This document shows positions 27,626 to 32,000 of a stretch of 32,000 bases of DNA, piece by piece. Source of the DNA: Candidatus Karelsulcia muelleri PSPU (GTDB lineage: Bacteria > Bacteroidota > Bacteroidia > Flavobacteriales > Blattabacteriaceae). The stretch lies in assembly GCF_000829155.1 (NCBI RefSeq), contig NZ_AP013293.1, positions 60,001 to 92,000 of the forward strand. The letters are read 5' to 3'. The notes under the pieces were generated by a model that did no database searches, was not told where the DNA came from, and saw only the letters and a list, made by a program, of their open reading frames with translations. The position numbers and the translations under genes are program-made. Positions within the stretch are counted from its first letter, which is position 1, and every line of letters starts with the position of its first letter.

Positions 27626-30574
27626 ATGAAAACAACACGTAGAGATTTTCTAAAAATTTTAGGTTTTACAACATTATATGTTACTTTAGCGGCTTGTAAA
27701 GGTCCTGTAATAGAATCTATTCCATATATTATAAAACCAGAATATATAACTCCTGGTATTAATAATTATTATGCTTCTACTATGTTTGATGGATTTGATT
27801 TTGGAAATGTAATTGTAAAAACAATAGAAGGAAGACCTATAAAAATAGAGTCTAATAAAGACTCAAAATATTTTAATACTGTCTCATCTAGAATTCAAAG
27901 TTCTATTTTATCACTTTATGATAATGAAAGATTAAAATATCCTTCAATAAATAAAAAAAAAGTTTCTTGGGCCAAATTAGATAATATTATAATAAAAAAA
28001 TTAAATACTATATCTAATTCAAATAAAAAAATTGTTATTTTAACCTCTTCTTTACCTAGCCCATCTACTAAACAATTAATTTCTGATTTCACAAAAGTTT
28101 ATAAAAATACTCATCATATTATATATGATGCTATATCATATTCATCAACTTTAAATGCAGTAAACAAAGTCTTAGGAAAAAGAGCTATTCCATATTATGA
28201 TATTTCTAATATTGAATTATTAATATCTTTTGATGCAGATTTTTTAGGAGATTGGAGTCCTCAAAATTTTCATAAAATTTATAGTAAAAGGAAAAAACCC
28301 AATTTATCTATGATAAATCATATTCATTTAGAAAGTCATATGAGTTTATCAGGAGCAAATGCAGATTTAAGAATTACAATAAATCCATCTAAAATTTATA
28401 ATTTACTAATTGAATTATATAAAGCTATGAAGAATAATTCTAATAATAAATTAGCAATTTCATTAGCTAAAAGAATTTTTAAAAAAGGAAAAAAAGTTCT
28501 TATTATTGCTGATGGTAATAAAGAAATGTATGAAATATCATTATTAATAAATAAAAAAATTAAAAGTAATGCATTAAAAAATGAAAAATTTATTTTTTTA
28601 AAAGAAAGTAATGATAAAATTGTTTTAAATTTAATTAATGATTTAAGTAAAGAAAAAATTGGAGCATTATTAGTATTTAATACTAATCCTGTATATCATT
28701 TTTTTGATAAAAAAATTAAATCATATATAAAAAAAATTCCTTTAACTATTTCATTTGCAATGAAAGAAGATGAAACATCAGATTTTATTAAAATCTGGGC
28801 TCCTGTTCCTCATTGGCTTGAATCTTGGGGTGATTATAAACCCTTAACAGAAATGTATTCATTAAGACAACCTATTATTAAAAAAATTTTTAATAATCGA
28901 CAATTTGAAAATTCTTTATTAGAATGGATAAAAAAAAATCCAAAACATATTAAAATTAAAAATCTTTTTTTAAATTTAATTAAAAAAAAATCAAAAAAAA
29001 ATATTAATTATTATGATTATTTAAAATTTTTTTTCAAAAACAAAATAATTAATAAATTAAATGTAAATTCTTTTAAAAAAGCCTTATTTTATGGAAGTTT
29101 AAAAATTAGAGAGAAAAAAAAACAAAACAAAAAATTCCAAAAATTTAAATTTGCTTTTAAAGCAACAAAAAATAATAAATTTGAACTTAGATTATATACT
29201 AAAATAAGTATGGGAGATGGAAGACAATATGATAATCCTTGGTTACAAGAATTACCAGACCCTATAACTAGGACAACATGGGAAAATTATTTAACTATGT
29301 CTTTTATAGATGCAAAAAATTTAGGTATAAAAAATTGGAATATAGGAAATGGAGCAATGAATGGAAATTGTGTAAATTTATTTTTTAATGATATAATTAT
29401 AAAAAATATTCCTGTTTATATTCAACCAGGTCAATCTGTAGGATCTTTAAGTTTATCTTTTGGATATGGAAGAAAAAAAGGAAAAGTAGCTAAACAAAGT
29501 AGAGGAGTTAATGCTTATGCATTATATAAAAATTTTAATCTTATTCAAGAAAATATTTTTTTAAAAAAAAGTGAAAAAATATATAAATTTTCCTGTTTTC
29601 AATTACAAAATACTACAGTAGGTAGAAATCTTATTGCTAAAGAAACAAATCTTAACACATATTTAAATGTGAATAAAAATTTTTGGAATAAAGAAGATAT
29701 TATTGAAAATAAAAATATAAATAGTAATAAAATTACTATGTGGAAAAATTTTAAAGAAAAAAATGGTCATCATTTTAATATTTCAATTGATTTAAATAAA
29801 TGTACAGGATGTACATCTTGTGTTATTGCTTGTAATTCAGAAAATAATATTCCTGTTGTAGGAAAAGAAGAAATACGTAATTTTCGTGATATGCATTGGT
29901 TACGTATAGATAGATATTATTCGACTAATACTAATTATTTAAAAAAAAAATATAAAACAAATCCTTTATATGAACCTGTTTTATATAAATCTCTTTTAAG
30001 ACCAGAAAATAAAAATCCTAAAATAATTTTTCAACCAATAATGTGTCAACATTGTAATAATGCTCCTTGTGAAACTGTCTGTCCTGTAGGAGCTACTTCA
30101 CATGGAAAACAAGGACAAAATATGATGGCTTATAATCGTTGTATTGGAACACGTTATTGTGCCAATAATTGTCCATATAAAGTACGTCGTTTTAATTGGT
30201 TTAATTATTATAATAATAATAAATTTCCTTTTAATTTAACTTCTAATTTAAGTAGAATGGTTTTAAACCCTAATGTAGTTATAAGAAGTAGAGGTGTTAT
30301 GGAAAAATGTTCAATGTGTATACAAATGACACAATCAGTAATTTTAAAGGCAAAAAAAGAAGAAAGAAAAATTCAAAATAATGAATTTCAAACTGCATGT
30401 TCTAAAGTATGTCCTACTAATGCGATTAGTTTTGGAGATATAAACAATAAAAATTCAAAAATTTTTAAAAAACAATTAGAAAATAGAAGTTATAAATTAT
30501 TAGATTTTTTAGGAGTTAAACCTAATGTTTTTTATCAAGTAAAAATTAGAAATTTAAAAAAAAATAAGGTATAA
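27626..30574 (+). CDS. actB: ActB-like molybdopterin-family/Fe-S subunit of alternative complex III (quinol:cytochrome c oxidoreductase)
   Basis: N-terminal TTRRDFLKILGF (twin-Arg) plus LAAC lipobox. C-terminal ferredoxin-like Cys motifs: CTGCTSCVIAC, CQHCNNAPCETVCP, CIGTRYCANNCP, CSMCIQ...CSKVCP. Confidence 0.92.
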   Translation: MKTTRRDFLKILGFTTLYVTLAACKGPVIESIPYIIKPEYITPGINNYYASTMFDGFDFGNVIVKTIEGRPIKIESNKDSKYFNTVSSRIQSSILSLYDNERLKYPSINKKKVSWAKLDNIIIKKLNTISNSNKKIVILTSSLPSPSTKQLISDFTKVYKNTHHIIYDAISYSSTLNAVNKVLGKRAIPYYDISNIELLISFDADFLGDWSPQNFHKIYSKRKKPNLSMINHIHLESHMSLSGANADLRITINPSKIYNLLIELYKAMKNNSNNKLAISLAKRIFKKGKKVLIIADGNKEMYEISLLINKKIKSNALKNEKFIFLKESNDKIVLNLINDLSKEKIGALLVFNTNPVYHFFDKKIKSYIKKIPLTISFAMKEDETSDFIKIWAPVPHWLESWGDYKPLTEMYSLRQPIIKKIFNNRQFENSLLEWIKKNPKHIKIKNLFLNLIKKKSKKNINYYDYLKFFFKNKIINKLNVNSFKKALFYGSLKIREKKKQNKKFQKFKFAFKATKNNKFELRLYTKISMGDGRQYDNPWLQELPDPITRTTWENYLTMSFIDAKNLGIKNWNIGNGAMNGNCVNLFFNDIIIKNIPVYIQPGQSVGSLSLSFGYGRKKGKVAKQSRGVNAYALYKNFNLIQENIFLKKSEKIYKFSCFQLQNTTVGRNLIAKETNLNTYLNVNKNFWNKEDIIENKNINSNKITMWKNFKEKNGHHFNISIDLNKCTGCTSCVIACNSENNIPVVGKEEIRNFRDMHWLRIDRYYSTNTNYLKKKYKTNPLYEPVLYKSLLRPENKNPKIIFQPIMCQHCNNAPCETVCPVGATSHGKQGQNMMAYNRCIGTRYCANNCPYKVRRFNWFNYYNNNKFPFNLTSNLSRMVLNPNVVIRSRGVMEKCSMCIQMTQSVILKAKKEERKIQNNEFQTACSKVCPTNAISFGDINNKNSKIFKKQLENRSYKLLDFLGVKPNVFYQVKIRNLKKNKV

Positions 30575-30580
30575 CCTTTT

Positions 30581-31945
30581 ATGGTAGAAACATCTAATTT
30601 TTTAAAAAGAGAATCTATTATTTTAGGTAAAAAAACCTATTCTGATATTAGTAATAATACTATAAAACCTATAGAAACAAAAGCTAATAAATTATGGTGG
30701 ATAACATTTATATGTTCTTTAATAGCTTTTATATGGGGTTTAATTTGTATAGCTTATACTATTGGTACAGGTATAGGTGTTTGGGGTTTAAATAAAACTA
30801 TAAATTGGGCCTGGGATATAACTAATTTTGTTTGGTGGGTTGGAATTGGTCATGCTGGAACTTTAATATCTGCTGTTTTATTTTTATTTAGACAAAAATG
30901 GCGTTTATCTATAAATAGATCAGCCGAAGCTATGACTATATTTGCCATAATACAAGCTGCTATATTTCCAATAATTCATATGGGGCGTCCCTGGAACGCC
31001 TATTGGGTCTTACCTATTCCTAATCAATTTGGTACATTATGGCCAAATTTTAATTCGCCATTATTATGGGATGTATTTGCTATTAGTACATATTTTTCTG
31101 TTTCTACCGTATTTTGGTTTATAGGATTAATACCAGATTTTGCAATGATCCGTGATAAGACAAAAGATAAATTTAAAAAAAAAATATATAATATTTTAAG
31201 TTTTGGATGGAGTGGAAATTTAAAACAATGGCAATACTTTGAAAAAGTATCTTTAATATTAGCAGGTATTTGTACTCCTTTAGTTTTTTCTGTACATACA
31301 ATAGTTTCTTTTGATTTTGCTACTTCTATTATTAAAGGTTGGCATAGTACAATATTTCCACCATATTTTGTTGCTGGTGCAATTTTTTCAGGTTTTGCAA
31401 TGGTTCAACTATTATTAGGTCTAATTAGAAAAATTTTAAAATTAGAAGATTATATAACAAAAAAACATATAGAATGTATAAATTTAATTATATTAGTTAC
31501 TGGAGGAATTGTTTCTCTAGCATATATAACCGAATATATATTAGCTTGGTATTCAAATAATAAATTTGAAGATTTTATATATTTTTCTTCAAATGCTGCA
31601 ATAGGACCATTTTGGTGGGCTTTTTGGGCTCTTATTATATGTAATATGATTATTCCCCAATTTTTATGGTTTAAATATATAAGAACTAATTTTTTTTTAT
31701 CTTATATAATATCTATATTTATAAATATAGGAATGTGGTTTGAACGTTTTGATATAATTGTATTAAATCTGAGTCATGATTATCTTCCTTCATCTTGGAC
31801 TGGTTTTTTACCATCTTTTGTAGATATAGGAATTTTTATAGGAACTAATGGCTTTTTTTTATTATTATATCTTTTATATGCACGTACTTTTCCTGTGATT
31901 TCACAATCAGAATTAAAAACAATATTAAAAAAAGAAAATAAATAA
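30581..31945 (+). CDS. actC: ActC-like NrfD-family integral membrane subunit of alternative complex III
   Basis: Multi-TM protein with WWITFICSLIAFIWGL, WVGIGHAGTLISAVLFLFRQKWR, INRSAEAMTIFAI and HTIVSFDFA; directly downstream of actB. Confidence 0.93.
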   Translation: MVETSNFLKRESIILGKKTYSDISNNTIKPIETKANKLWWITFICSLIAFIWGLICIAYTIGTGIGVWGLNKTINWAWDITNFVWWVGIGHAGTLISAVLFLFRQKWRLSINRSAEAMTIFAIIQAAIFPIIHMGRPWNAYWVLPIPNQFGTLWPNFNSPLLWDVFAISTYFSVSTVFWFIGLIPDFAMIRDKTKDKFKKKIYNILSFGWSGNLKQWQYFEKVSLILAGICTPLVFSVHTIVSFDFATSIIKGWHSTIFPPYFVAGAIFSGFAMVQLLLGLIRKILKLEDYITKKHIECINLIILVTGGIVSLAYITEYILAWYSNNKFEDFIYFSSNAAIGPFWWAFWALIICNMIIPQFLWFKYIRTNFFLSYIISIFINIGMWFERFDIIVLNLSHDYLPSSWTGFLPSFVDIGIFIGTNGFFLLLYLLYARTFPVISQSELKTILKKENK

Positions 31946-32000
31946 TGAAAGAAAAAAAAAATATATGCATTCATGATCTTATGATTATAAAATAATGAAA

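Noticed and set aside
31780-31974. Antisense ORF over the actC 3' end
   Set aside because: Mostly contained in actC, with no recognisable domain.

Overview
The window is a compact, extremely AT-rich chromosomal segment. Gene content and order (two-gene transketolase, DUF4295 next to rpmB-rpmG, tRNA-Trp/secE/nusG/rplKAJL/rpoBC, ActABC alternative complex III) point to a reduced-genome Bacteroidota/Flavobacteriales endosymbiont, of the Blattabacterium/Sulcia/Uzinura kind (inference, no database search). The left part carries tyrS (5' truncated), era, leuS, a glutamate dehydrogenase, both transketolase halves, tRNA-Phe, a RluB-family gene, a 2-oxoacid:ferredoxin oxidoreductase beta subunit, serS, rpmB, rpmG, a DUF4295-like small ORF, tRNA-His, rluD and truA. 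The centre is a minus-strand rpoC/rpoB/rplL/rplJ/rplA/rplK/nusG/secE/tRNA-Trp/tuf/tRNA block. The right end is actA-actB-actC. I see no convincing new defence system, mobile element or CRISPR array. The points most worth following up are: (1) rluD has an open frame of about 310 codons, but its only ATG is out of frame by one base at an A10 tract; (2) secE lacks an in-frame ATG in the same one-base sense; (3) the LeuRS editing site has lost its usually conserved Asp residues; (4) the Era KH-domain GxxG loop is lost; (5) long A-runs (10-17 nt) sit next to many start codons and one stop; (6) tRNA-Thr(UGU) has a U-U mismatch in each of three stems.
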